A stretch of 64,000 nucleotides of DNA from Octopus vulgaris (lineage: Eukaryota): assembly GCA_951406725.2 (NCBI GenBank), contig OX597826.1, positions 75,516,001 through 75,580,000 on the forward strand. Direction: 5' to 3'. Within the stretch, counting starts at the first letter, position 1. Each line of letters starts with the position of its first letter. A model generated the notes under the pieces. It was given only the letters and a program-made list of their open reading frames with translations. It searched no databases and was not told the DNA's origin. The position numbers and the translations under genes were made by a program. Of the stretch, positions 1-12,303 are shown in pieces.

Positions 1-202
1 TAATGCATTTTTTTCGCTATTATATAAGGGAAGTAACTCTCAAAAAATGTCTACGATGAGTCAACGATTTAAAAAAAAATTTACCATAATTTTTTTTCCA
101 TTTTTAATGCATTTTTTTGCTATTTTTTGGCTATAACTCTTTAAAAATGCTTATATAGTTATTTCCCTTACAAACCCGAGCAACGCCGGGCGATACTGCT
201 AG
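1..202 (+). mobile_element. Non-autonomous Helitron, 3' part
   Basis: Ends in hairpin CCCGAGCAACGCCGGG then CTAG|T; near-identical to 17768-17968. Confidence 0.75.
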
Positions 203-463
203 TTCTTTATAAATAATGAATATATATTTTTTATCATCCATTTTTCAGTCATTAGACTGCGGCCATACTGGGGCATTGCCTTGAATCATTAGTCGGATGG
301 ATCTCCCCAGGATATATTTCTAAAGCCTTGTGCTTATTCTATCTGTCATTTATGTCGACATGCTAAGTTACAGGGACGTAAACACGCCAACATCGGTTTC
401 AAGCGATGGTGGGGTGACAAGGACACACACAAACACATACATGCATACATATATAGCCGTAGC

Positions 464-748
464 CACTTGAACATGGCTGTCCATTCGAACGGACACTACA
501 GCGACTTTTTTAACCCTAAGAGGGAATCTCCTCTAGCTGGTTAGCGATGCAGGGCTGCATCCGAGTTGTCCAGTACCGACGAGTGGCAGAAATAGCCTTG
601 GTTTGATTGATCTGTCACCAGACGGTGGTAGGGGTTCAGTCCCCTGCTCGCAATTTATCAGATGCAGCCCTGCGTCCTTAACCAGCTAGAAGAGATGTCC
701 CAAAAAATCACACTAGAGTCCATTCAAACGGATAGCCAGGCTGAAGTG
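464..748. mobile_element. MITE-like element with ~90-nt imperfect terminal inverted repeats
   Basis: CTAGCTGGTTAGCGATGCAGGGCTGCATC pairs with GATGCAGCCCTGCGTCCTTAACCAGCTAG, and the outer CACTT...AAGTG ends pair. Confidence 0.55.
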
Positions 749-783
749 TGTATATATACATATATACACATATAAGTGTATGC

Positions 784-836
<53 letters not shown>

Positions 837-869
837 TACATATACATATATATATATATACACACACAC

Positions 870-958
<89 letters not shown>

Positions 959-1901
959 ATGTGTGTGTGTGTGTGTTTGTAGTTTATATAAAACTATACT
1001 GATATATTCACTGCTAATTTAAAAAAATACTGCTGAGATTAGAATTTAAAATTTTATTAATATATAATTAATATGTTCTTTTACCTCAATACTCCTTTGT
1101 TAAAGCCAGTAAATATCATTTAATCAATATTCAAAGATACCATCTGATGATTTAGTATTTAAATATATAATATGTATGGATTCTAAACTATTTCTATATA
1201 ATTTCTTTTCCTCCCTCTATTGTGGTAAAAGTTTGATATATACTCAAAAGTATTCATAAATTTCTATCCTTTTGTTACAATATTCTTCTTAATAATCCTC
1301 TGAATAACCCTAAACTTTATCTGTATACAATATAGCAACATTGTTTTAAAGTATTTCATTATAGTGCTACATGATAAGACTCCCCCTGTTTCATTGTCAA
1401 TAGTCTGCTAGTGGGTGCCCCTTAATTATCAGCTAACATCTTGTTTTAAGTTTTCCCTTACTAAACATCATGACATTGCTTCTAATAAATCTTGATTTTT
1501 ATGGCTATACATCTAGAATGTCTGTCTACTCCCTCAGCCCTACCCTAAACAGATACTGCCCTCTGTTTTCTCTCAGCCTTAAATATATAAGGGATTTGAT
1601 AAACTAGTATATAAATTAAAAATGACCCCATAAAAAATCAGTGACAGGCAGTGTCTTGAAAATTTCAGTTATGGCTATGCAACATGTTCTTTGTCTGTCT
1701 CCTTAACTTGGAGATTTTAGGTATAATTATACTAATGAGTCCCTCTGTTCTAATTTAATTAAATTCTATGTCTTTGTGCAGCTGAAAATTTTTCTACATT
1801 TTAAATTGATGTAATTATTGCATTGTTTAATCAAATGGAGTTGCATGAAATGATCGTAGGCATTACTTCTGGATATCCTTGTTGCTTATTTTGATTATAT
1901 A

Positions 1902-1954
<53 letters not shown>

Positions 1955-2483
1955 TACGTACATACATATATGTACATACACACACACATATATATATGCA
2001 TATTGGGTACGGGACGTCACAGAACGTAAACAACATGAAATGCAAAAACAACACGTAACTATCTGCCATCTATCTTTTCCTCACGTGACCATCTTTCTTT
2101 TCTTTCAGTCTGTCTTACAGACCAAACCTATTCTTTATATGTCTTCTCTTCTATCTTTTCTCTTGTCAAACACAATATTCCTCCAGCGTTCGTTACCTAT
2201 CTCGTCTGGCTTAACGGCCCTCCATAATTGATTTCGTTTGGTTTGTTGTATGTCCTGTTTTTTTTTTTTATTTTGGTTCGTGGGAGCAACTGTCTTTTCG
2301 AAGCCTCATATTGTAGTTAATCGCTCGAAATGAGGGGTAGATGGACAGCCGACGACTGATGAAGGGTAGTTTTTCATGTTACTTGTGTTGTTTTCGATTT
2401 GTTTCTCTCGTTGTTCGCATACCAAAGTTTGTCTTCGTATTTCATGTTGTATAAGTTTTGTGACATCCTGTGTCCATATATGC

Positions 2484-2537
<54 letters not shown>

Positions 2538-2559
2538 TGTATGTACATATATGTATGTG

Positions 2560-2599
<40 letters not shown>

Positions 2600-2642
2600 G
2601 ACTGAACGCCACTCATCCATTTCCAAGTGAGTTTATCTTTTG

Positions 2643-2675
<33 letters not shown>

Positions 2676-2682
2676 CTATATA

Positions 2683-2744
<62 letters not shown>

Positions 2745-3355
2745 CAACTTATAAACAAAGGCAAGAGAAAATTATTTCTATGCCGATGTGCTGATAACAG
2801 ACTTTTAAATCGTCAATTTCCACATATTATTATGTACCCACTACAGAAACACGTTGTGCTGAAATCGAGGAAAGATAGCTAATAGAATTTCTTTAAAAAG
2901 TTCGTTATTTCTATATTGAATCAATTTCGGAATTAATCTCATAGATTCTTTCCTCTTCAGTAGAAAATACAAATAGAAATAAATGAAATACTTACATGCG
3001 CCCATGGAAAAAAAGCCGAAGCAAAAGTCATGTGTACACATAAGTACCCCAGATATAACTAAATATAAAATCCTTTGGCCAGCCTCAGCACACGTATGAA
3101 ATGTTCTCCACCACAGCTTATAGTGGTTACCAGTCCCTATAGCGAATAGTAATAGATCTACTACTAATATAGGATGAAGATTTTTTACAGAAAAAAATTT
3201 CATCAAAAAATAATGAAACTAAGAATGAAAAGACGGACGAAACACCGATAAGCATTTTACTTGGCATGCTAACGAACTCGGCGGAATTTGAACTCAGAAC
3301 GTAAAGACGAACGAAATGCCGCTAAGCTCGCCGCCTACTTAGTATAGAACATATT

Positions 3356-3657
3356 GATAAATGTAAAGTATAGAAGCCATCTTAACATGGCTAACCACAT
3401 AGGGAGGGGGTGTTACTGTAGCTTTATAGCCCCAGGAGATCGTCGTCTCCAGCTGGCTTTAGACACCATTTCAGTGCCCTTGAAGTATTTGCAAATACTT
3501 TCAGTGCCCTTGAAGTACTTGCAAATACTTCAAGGGCACTGAAATGGTGTCTAAAGCCAGCTGGAGACGACGATCTCCTGGGGCTATAAAGCTACAGTAA
3601 CATCCCCTCCCCTATGTGGCTAGCCATGTTAAGATGGCATCTATACTTTACATTATC
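3356..3657. repeat. Near-perfect long palindrome (~135-bp arms) with a central 30-bp tandem duplication
   Basis: Reverse-complement match of 3356-3490 with 3521-3657. Confidence 0.92.
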
Positions 3658-3748
3658 GAGCGATTACTGTTTCAATCTCATTCTGAGATTTAATAATGCA
3701 TATTGATAAATATTTATTATTTAATTTTAAACATGATAAAAGATTTAC

Positions 3749-4024
3749 CAGTTAAACCAAATGTTCACGGAAATCATCGCTCTTCGAGGTTTTTTTAACA
3801 AATCAATTGCTGTGTACGTCTTATGTATTTTCTTGCTTCCAAGTTTCATATTTTCGTCAATCTCGGCCTGCAATTTGGATTTCCTTTCTGTTTGAAGTTT
3901 CTGAATAAGTTTTACCGCAATCGCAGCGTTTTTCTTATTTGTTTTAGCTATCTTCTCAAATGACTTTTCAGCTTCAGTAAATTTCCCTTTATTAAGAAGC
4001 CATCTTGGAGACTCAGGAAGGAAT
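3749..4024 (-). CDS. SLC22 paralog B exon 6
   Basis: 276 nt, [21 protein letters not shown]...[19 protein letters not shown]; absent from the ORF track in this frame because there is no start codon. Confidence 0.92.
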
Positions 4025-4565
4025 CTGCCAAATAAGATGATTGATAGACAGTGAGATAACGTTGCAATGTTTTAGAAGTGAAAAATGAAATTATGCAATA
4101 ATAAATTTGAACTGATAATAATTTCATGCATCTTAGACTCAAATTAAACAAATCAGTTTAATTACTACGGAAATGTGAACCTATAACTTTGTAGCTTATA
4201 GGTTTACTGTCTCTTTGTACTGTATTATAAATATGACTAATATTATAACGGGCCGTAAATTATGTTTTCTAAATGGCCATTCGCCGCACATATACAAATA
4301 TATAATTTTTTTATGTGTGTAAATTTGTATCAGAAAACACCTCAGTGAGGGTGAATTATCTGAAAAATCTGTTAAATTCATAAAAGTGGTGAGTTAAATA
4401 TTTTGCAATATAGATATGTATTACTAATAGAAATATTAAAATTACTAAGTCTCTCTAAAAGAGATTACGGCAGCGTTACTGGAAATTAATTGTCATCGCC
4501 ATATTAATATTAGTATGGCGATAACTATTAATAGTATGGCGATAACAAATTACACACACGCACGG

Positions 4566-4608
<43 letters not shown>

Positions 4609-4763
4609 CGCGCACAAACACACATACACACACATACATATTACGACGAGCTTCTATCAGTTTCTGATTACCAAATCTACTCGTAACGCTTTGGTTGACC
4701 CGGGGCTATAGTAGAAGATATTTGACCAAAGTGTCTTGCACTTTGGAAGTGGACATGGAACCA

Positions 4764-4803
<40 letters not shown>

Positions 4804-4821
4804 GCATACATACATACATAC

Positions 4822-4853
<32 letters not shown>

Positions 4854-7800
4854 GTATGTATGTATGTATATATATATATATATATGTATGTATATATATA
4901 TAAAGACGACGGGCTTCTTTCAGTTTCCGTCTACCAAATCCACTCACAAGGCTTTGGTCAGCCCGAGGATATAGTACAAGATGCTTGATCAAGGTGCCAC
5001 GCAGTGGGATTGAACCCTGAATCATGTGGTTGGCAAGCAAGCTTCTTACCACACAGCCACGCCTATCTGCCTAGATGTTCGTTGCAGCATGCACAACTAC
5101 ACTTACTTCAATGCTACAATGACAACCAAAGCCGGTGGAATAACTGAAGCATATAGCAGGTGTTGCCATTTTGGAAATACATATGCCACACCAGCTAGAA
5201 TCATTGCTCCAAAACCGAAGGTTCCATGCATAAGGTAATTCAAACGCATTCTGTAGTTTTGGGCGACACATTCTTGCACTGTAATATAGAAAAAGATATA
5301 TTTCTTAATATAATATGTAAATAGTGATACAAATAGTGGTTTCAATTTTTGGCACAAGGCAAGCAATTTTGGGGGAAGGGGATACGTTGTTTGTTCCTTC
5401 TCGAGCCATGCCTGGCTCATAAGGGCCGGTTTCCCGGTTTCCTTGGTGTATAGATTCCCCCACCTGGACAGGACGCCGGTCTGTCGCAGGTGAGCTGCAA
5501 GATGCAGGAGGAAAGAGTGAGAGAAAGTTGTGGCGAAAGAGTCAGCAGATGTTCATCATTACTTTCCGCCGGAGCTGCGTGGAGCTTAGGTGTTTCGCTC
5601 ATAAACACACACATCGCTCGGTCTGAGATTCGAACCCGTGATCCCTCGACCGTGAGTCGCTGCTCTAACCAGTAGGTCATGTGCCTCCACAAGGGGATAA
5701 GCCGATTGCATTGATCCCAGTGTTCACCTGGTATTTATTTTATCGACACCGAAAGGATGAAAGGAAAAGTCGGCCTCGGCGGAATTTGAACTCAGTTTTC
5801 AACCACCGGTTCAATTAAAGTTTAATTACGTAAAAAAATAACGAAATCTTTGCAATGAGATGTATCTATTGCATACCTTTTAGAGTAATTACTGTAATTC
5901 GTTACAATCACGAATTACATTTATCTGCTCCTCAGTTCAAATCGCTACTGAGGCTATAGTAGGAGACATTTGCTCAAGGCCTCACACAATTGGACTGAGC
6001 CTGGAACCACGTGGTCGAGAAGCAAGCTTCTTACCACACAACAACGCCTGCAGTTGTCTTGTCTCACAGATATAAATCTTCAATTCTTTTTATTAAGGAA
6101 AGGACTGTCGATAGCAGAATTGTAATTTCAGGCAATATTAAGTAAGCACAGATGAAATTTAGAATATAATTCCTGTCGTTGTAGACATTTCGTATTATCG
6201 TTTGAAATCGATAAACAAAACAGAAGCCCCAAATTGGGTTGGTTAGTTGGTTGCTTGCTTGCTTTCTTGGTTCCGTTGACTATAACGCCTCGCATGAAAT
6301 TTCATTAAATGTACTGGAATAGAATTCTCACCGCACTCACGTCTTATGTTCGGAGAACTTTTGAAGATATTAAAAGAATTTTGTTCTTCGCCGTAGAACA
6401 ACGTCGTCCTTAATCGTGTACGACGTACCATCTCTTTCAGATTCTTTTATTAAATAGCAAAAGTGTTTTCTCTTTCGGTAAAATAAAAAAAACGAGAGTA
6501 ATATTTGCAGGGAGCAGCTAGATGACTCCTCAACTATCACAACACCCACATCATTGTTACTCTACATCTGGACCTAACACACTCTGACACAAAATGTATC
6601 ACTCTTGGCACTCTGGTATTTGGTGTTATGTTCTTTTAGACAGTAGTTTCAAATCGATAATATCTCCATGTTCATCGAAGATCACGATGAAGTACTTTGC
6701 ATTCTTTCCTTGTGACACATCACTGAATGCCACTTTGATTACTCGCCGATTCATATCAGATATAAATAATACACAATATTTGCAGGAATGTCCCTTTCAT
6801 TAAGGCTCCTTTATAGCCTTCCTCTTTTAAGGGCCATATGGAAAAACCAAATGTCTTTAATAAATTTCTTGACCTGTACTCTGGTACGGTTGTAAAAACT
6901 CTCACCGTTTTCTTTTGCATACATCTTTATTTCACTTGTGGTAATGCCGGTAACTCATGTCTCACGAAGTATCCGTTTCCTCCTGAACCCCCGCTTAATA
7001 GGCAAACGAATTCACTGTTCTCAGTGATATAGTAAATTTTTAAGATGGTTCTGCCTTAGTAAGAGAGCACCAGGAAATATACTACAAGTGAATAGCAGAC
7101 AATTTTTCAGATGTAGACACAAAAAAAACAACAACAAAAAACGGCGATTTACAGGCTAAAACTCTCTCATTTAGAAAAGGATTAATCCAATGGGACTATA
7201 TTTTCTGATGATGCTGGTATTTTTAATCAACAAACAGGGCCGGATTTGGATACAAATGTTATTGAAAGACAATCACCCATCCATTGTATACGGACGTCTT
7301 TAAGTTGTATAATCCTCATGATAAACTCGTAATACTAAAGCAAGCAGTAGATGAATTCATCAGAGAAATGGATATGAAATAGAGATTAGAAACATACAAC
7401 AAAGTAACGTTGAAGAGTGAAAAATTAAGAACGTTTTCCTGTTAGATACAGTCACAGAAATAATTAGAGAATTCGACCAAACATCGATATCTGGAAAGTA
7501 TACAATACACAAATTAAAGAAAATATTACATAAGAAAGGATTATTTGATGCTCCTACAATATTTGTGGTTGGAGTATCATTAATCATGGATATATTTTTT
7601 AATTAGGGCTGACCATAGACTATAAAGCAGTCGATTACACATTAAAACAAGATATAACAGACTATCGTACAAGCACATTTCTACACACTAAAAAGAAACG
7701 ATTTCGCATACACCACAGGAGTACAAAGGCCCAAATTATGAAGCAAAAAAGAGAGGCATGTAAGTGTTAAGATCAAAAGTTGGCGTCTATAGAATTTTCA

Positions 7801-10800
7801 AATACTTACAGATGGTGAATAAAACTATATACGTGCCAGCAATTCCGAAACCTTCAATAATGTAGATAAGGCAAAAGACAGTGTAATTTGGTGAGTATAT
7901 TTTGACAAAACGACAAAATATATTCAATAGATCCGCAACACAGAAAATCTTATATCGGCCGAATCTGCGAAAAATAAAATTAAAGCGACAAATTATTGTT
8001 TTAGTGTTTTTTAAAAAAAGTTTATTTTTTAAATTCATCTGTCTGTTAGAAATCGAATTCCCTTCATGTCAATATATAAATCTCTCACGTTTCTCTCTCA
8101 CGTTTCTCTCCATTTCTTTCTCTTTCTCTTTCTCTTTCTCTCTCTCTCTTCCTCTCTCGCTCTCTTCTCTCTCTTGTTCGATCCCTATTCGTTGTCGATC
8201 TCTCACTTTTCATCTCTCATCACCCCCCAACACACACACAAATATATATATGTATATACGAGAGTTGTGCCGAAAATAATGCAAAAGTGGGTATAGGGAT
8301 ACAAGGAGGGTGGTGAATGAAATTTAATGAAATTTGCGACAAATAACTTTTAGATGTACAAGTTATGATTTGGATGGAATTTAACGGGAAAGAAATTCAG
8401 CGAAATTGAGCAGATATTTTACTCATTTCGGCCTTGTTTTCTCATATATTTTGATGATTTAGATTTCAATTATGTTAAAAAATTACTTTTCAGGACAGTT
8501 TCATCTTTTCCCGAAAATTCCCTGAAAGAAATCATTGTACTAGTACGAGTAAATTGCGCAGCGAACTAGCAGAATCGTTAGCACGCCGGACAAAATGCTT
8601 AACAGCATTTCTTCCGGATTTACCTTCCGGAGTTGAAATTCCACCGAAGTCGACTTTACCTTTCATCTTTTAGGGACCGATAAATAAGTACCAGCGAAGC
8701 ACTAGGGCTTTTCCTTTCTTTTCTGTTATTGGCTTTTCCTTTCTCCCAAAGTTGCTGGCCTTGTTCCAAGACCTGAGACCATTACTTTGACGCTGTCGAG
8801 ATCTCCCTTAAATAAACTCAGGCATAGTCCAGTGTCCATTCATTACCTGGTCGTTTAGTATACTAAAAGTAGAATAAATCTAGGATTTATGGTGAATGTT
8901 ATTTGATACAACGTTATTCACCTTTATTGCTTGTAAGTCCTTGCTTCTTTGACATTTTCTCATATTGACAGAAAGTCAAGACCCAAGGTTAGTAGAAGTA
9001 AATATCGACATTTGCATTTGACTGACACCGCTTCTATCCATAAGCGCTGAGTAGAACATTTTTCTGCACTTTTGAACAGACCATCCTCTGTTGGCATGAG
9101 GTATTCGATATTGTTAATCGAAATGCCCTGTGATTAATTCTAAGGAAAATAGGTTGCCCATAAAAAATTGTGAACATGATCAGGGCTTTGCATCAAGATA
9201 TGAAGACTAAATTTTGGTAGGAGGCTTTCTGAATCATATTTTGCCATGGAAAATGGAGTAAAGCAAGGAGACCTTGATGCTCCCACCCTCTTTGCAATAT
9301 ACTTTGCTGTTGTGCTATCACACGTTTTTTAAAACTATCGATCAATGGCTAATGTTTTCAATCTGACCAAACTGAAATTCAAAACAAAGCTTTTACGACA
9401 CTCATTAGGGAACCCCTATACACAGACGATTGCGATCTAGTCAGTCACTCTGAAACAGGCCTGCAATCTCTTGGATCGGCATTTGACTCATATTCTGGTA
9501 TGACCATCAACTTGAAAAAAAAAAAACAGTTGTGATGTATCAAATCCCATGTGGTACTGTTTATAAACCCCTAAACCTTTCGCTAAGGGTAAGTTATATG
9601 AGGTTGTTGACTCTCATCGACCTCGGAAGCGCTGTACAAAATGATGGAAATCTGAACACAAAAATATATCTGCGAATTCAAAGGGCAGCACAAGCATTTG
9701 ATGGTTTGGAGTCACGTGTTTGGCGCCAACGACATATAAATAACAACACAAAATCGTTATCCCCGTTGTATCCCTCTGAAACATGGACCGATTACGAAAG
9801 ACATCTCAAATTGTCAGAACTATTCCACCAAATATGCCATCGCCGCATTTTAAACTTTAAACAGAACTTGTTTACTCATGACACATATGTCCTTGCATCT
9901 GCAGACGTCAGTTCACTTAAATCAATGATCTTGAAAAATCAAATGAGTTGGTCTGGCCACATTGTTCGAATGGTGGATGAACGCGCACCCAAGTTTTATG
10001 GCGAACTTGCAGAAGGGAAACGCGATCAGTGTAAACCTCAAAAGAGCTTTAAGGACTGTTTAAAGACTAACATGAAGTCATTTGGAAAAGATCCAAAGAC
10101 CATAAAAACCCTTGCTTCGGATGGAGCTGGATGGTGGACAAAAGTGTGGAGTGGAGTGGAAGCTTTTGAAGAAACCAGGATGACGCATGTGAAACTAAAA
10201 AGATATTTACAGAAAAATGCTACGATCAAGGAGAAAATTAATACCAACAACCTTTTTGCGTGCACAATTTGAGACAGATCATGCTGTTCTCTTACTGCGT
10301 TATGCATTTTCTCTGTGTGATTTTGTTTGGTAGAGTGGAATATTTCTTCTCAACGAATGTAACTTACTGGCGTAATTGTTTCTGAGTAAAACTTTGCGAA
10401 TGTTGGGTGTTTCTTATCCCAATATTCCTTAATTCTCTTCATGTAGCCAATCGAGAGATTTTCTCTGGTCTCTCTGCAAAATTAGTATAGGTTTCGGTTC
10501 AGTTAGAAAGTCCACTGGAATTCTTCTCGATAGAGCCGTTGCGCTTGTGATAGCTGACTTCGGATTCTATCGTTGCCATGGTGATATGTATTAACTTAAT
10601 TTCAGTGTTGCTTACTGTTTCGATCTTCTCAGGAAAGGTTGTTTCTTTGTATTTACTCCAAAAAGATAACCATTTCTTTTGCCGAGGCTTGTATTTATGG
10701 CAAAAAATTATAGGAGACTGTATTCACTAACCGGTAGAATGAATAGACTGCTATGCCAACGTTTCTGGATTCGACGCCATGATGTTTGTGTATATGAGTG

Positions 10801-10911
10801 TATATATGAAATTTTATCTTCTTTGAGAAATGAAACACTTGCTGGTTAATTTGTGGATGAATTAATAAATTTATTTGCATTCATTAGACATCTCTGTTTT
10901 CTAATTCAGCT

Positions 10912-10943
<32 letters not shown>

Positions 10944-11027
10944 TGTATGTATGTATGTATGTATGTATGTATGTATGTATGTATGTATGTATGTATGTAT
11001 GTATGTATGTATGTTTGTATCTGAATA

Positions 11028-11063
<36 letters not shown>

Positions 11064-11896
11064 AAGGTAGGTAGGTAGGCAAGAAGCCATAATTATAATG
11101 TTGGTTTCAAATTTGAAGGCCCGTAATTTCGGGAGAGAGGGTAAGCCAATTACATCGGCCCCAATGCTGAACTTGTACTTATTTTATCGACCTGAAAAGG
11201 ATGAAACATGAAGTGGTTCTCGGTGGAATTTGAGCCCAGAGCGAAAGGTCGGACGAAATACCACGAAATATTTTGCCTGGCTTGCTAACGATTTTTGCCT
11301 GTTCGCCACTTTAATAATTATCATAATGATATTAGCATTTTGAATTGATCATTATATTGTTAGTAAAAGGTAAGATTTGAACTTCAAAATCAGTGTAGTT
11401 ATTTAGTTATAGATATATTTACAGCTATTGGATGCCATACTGACCCACAAACTGGCTTGCAATCTGGTTAAAAGTTCACAAACCATAGATCTATCATTGT
11501 TCAGACAAGAACACAGTGCACCTGATTGGCGTCTTGTCAATGTATCTATTACTCGACATCCGTCACATAATTATATTTATAAGGACTTTATACGATTTCT
11601 GTCAACTTTTTCATTGTTAATTTGTTAGATATTTCATTATTCATTTATATGAATTCCATTTTCTTATAACCAGCATTCTTAGAGAAAATCCACATTATAT
11701 ACTTACGCGTCTGAAAGTGTACCAAAAAGTATATTTCCAACCAGAAATCCTGCAAACATTGCTGACACCGCAATGTTTTTCAACCATTCTCTTTCGCAAA
11801 CCAAATCGAACTGAAGAAAAACAGAATGACATTTTAAACAGCGCTAATTGTTCAAGGTATGTGTGTGTATGTGTATGTGTATGTGTGTGTGTGTGT

Positions 11897-11960
<64 letters not shown>

Positions 11961-12262
11961 CAAATACAGCAATATTTTCTCTGAGGGAGCCTTTTATACA
12001 GACGGCAATGAATATCCTACACTCAGTAGGATCTACATCACCATTTGGTATTGATGCAGCTTCCATCGGTAATATTTATATTCAGATGATTTAATAAAAA
12101 ATAACGATAAGTTCATTGACGAATGTCAGACATTCTGAATGAATTCTTATTTGTCCTTAATTTAAAGAGAGGAAACGAAAATATAGTGGCAAAAACTGGT
12201 GACATGTAAAAACTGGAGAAATGTAAATATTTAAATTTATATCTCTTTAGCCTTTAAGTGAA

Positions 12263-12303
<41 letters not shown>

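Noticed and set aside
1030-1860. Possible very old retroelement remnant (similarly 18030-19030 and 40440-41000)
   Set aside because: Too decayed to identify motifs reliably by eye.
2356-2370. CTGATGAAGGG box in the repeat shared by ~2180-2480 and ~42760-43090
   Set aside because: No closing stem II or GAAA downstream, so not called a hammerhead.
708-2882. Many [12 protein letters not shown] ORFs here and throughout the window
   Set aside because: Dinucleotide-repeat artefacts.
2996-3157. Possible next exon of paralog B (strong GTAAGT donor, hydrophobic ORF 2841-3206)
   Set aside because: No similarity to paralog A exon 7, and splicing from exon 6 (phase 2) gives an immediate or early stop.
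3471-3530. CRISPR-like 30-nt palindromic repeats
   Set aside because: Only two adjacent copies, no spacer, eukaryotic context.
9532-10272. 246-aa ORF as a host gene
   Set aside because: It is the C-terminal remnant of an RTE LINE with upstream stops and frameshifts.
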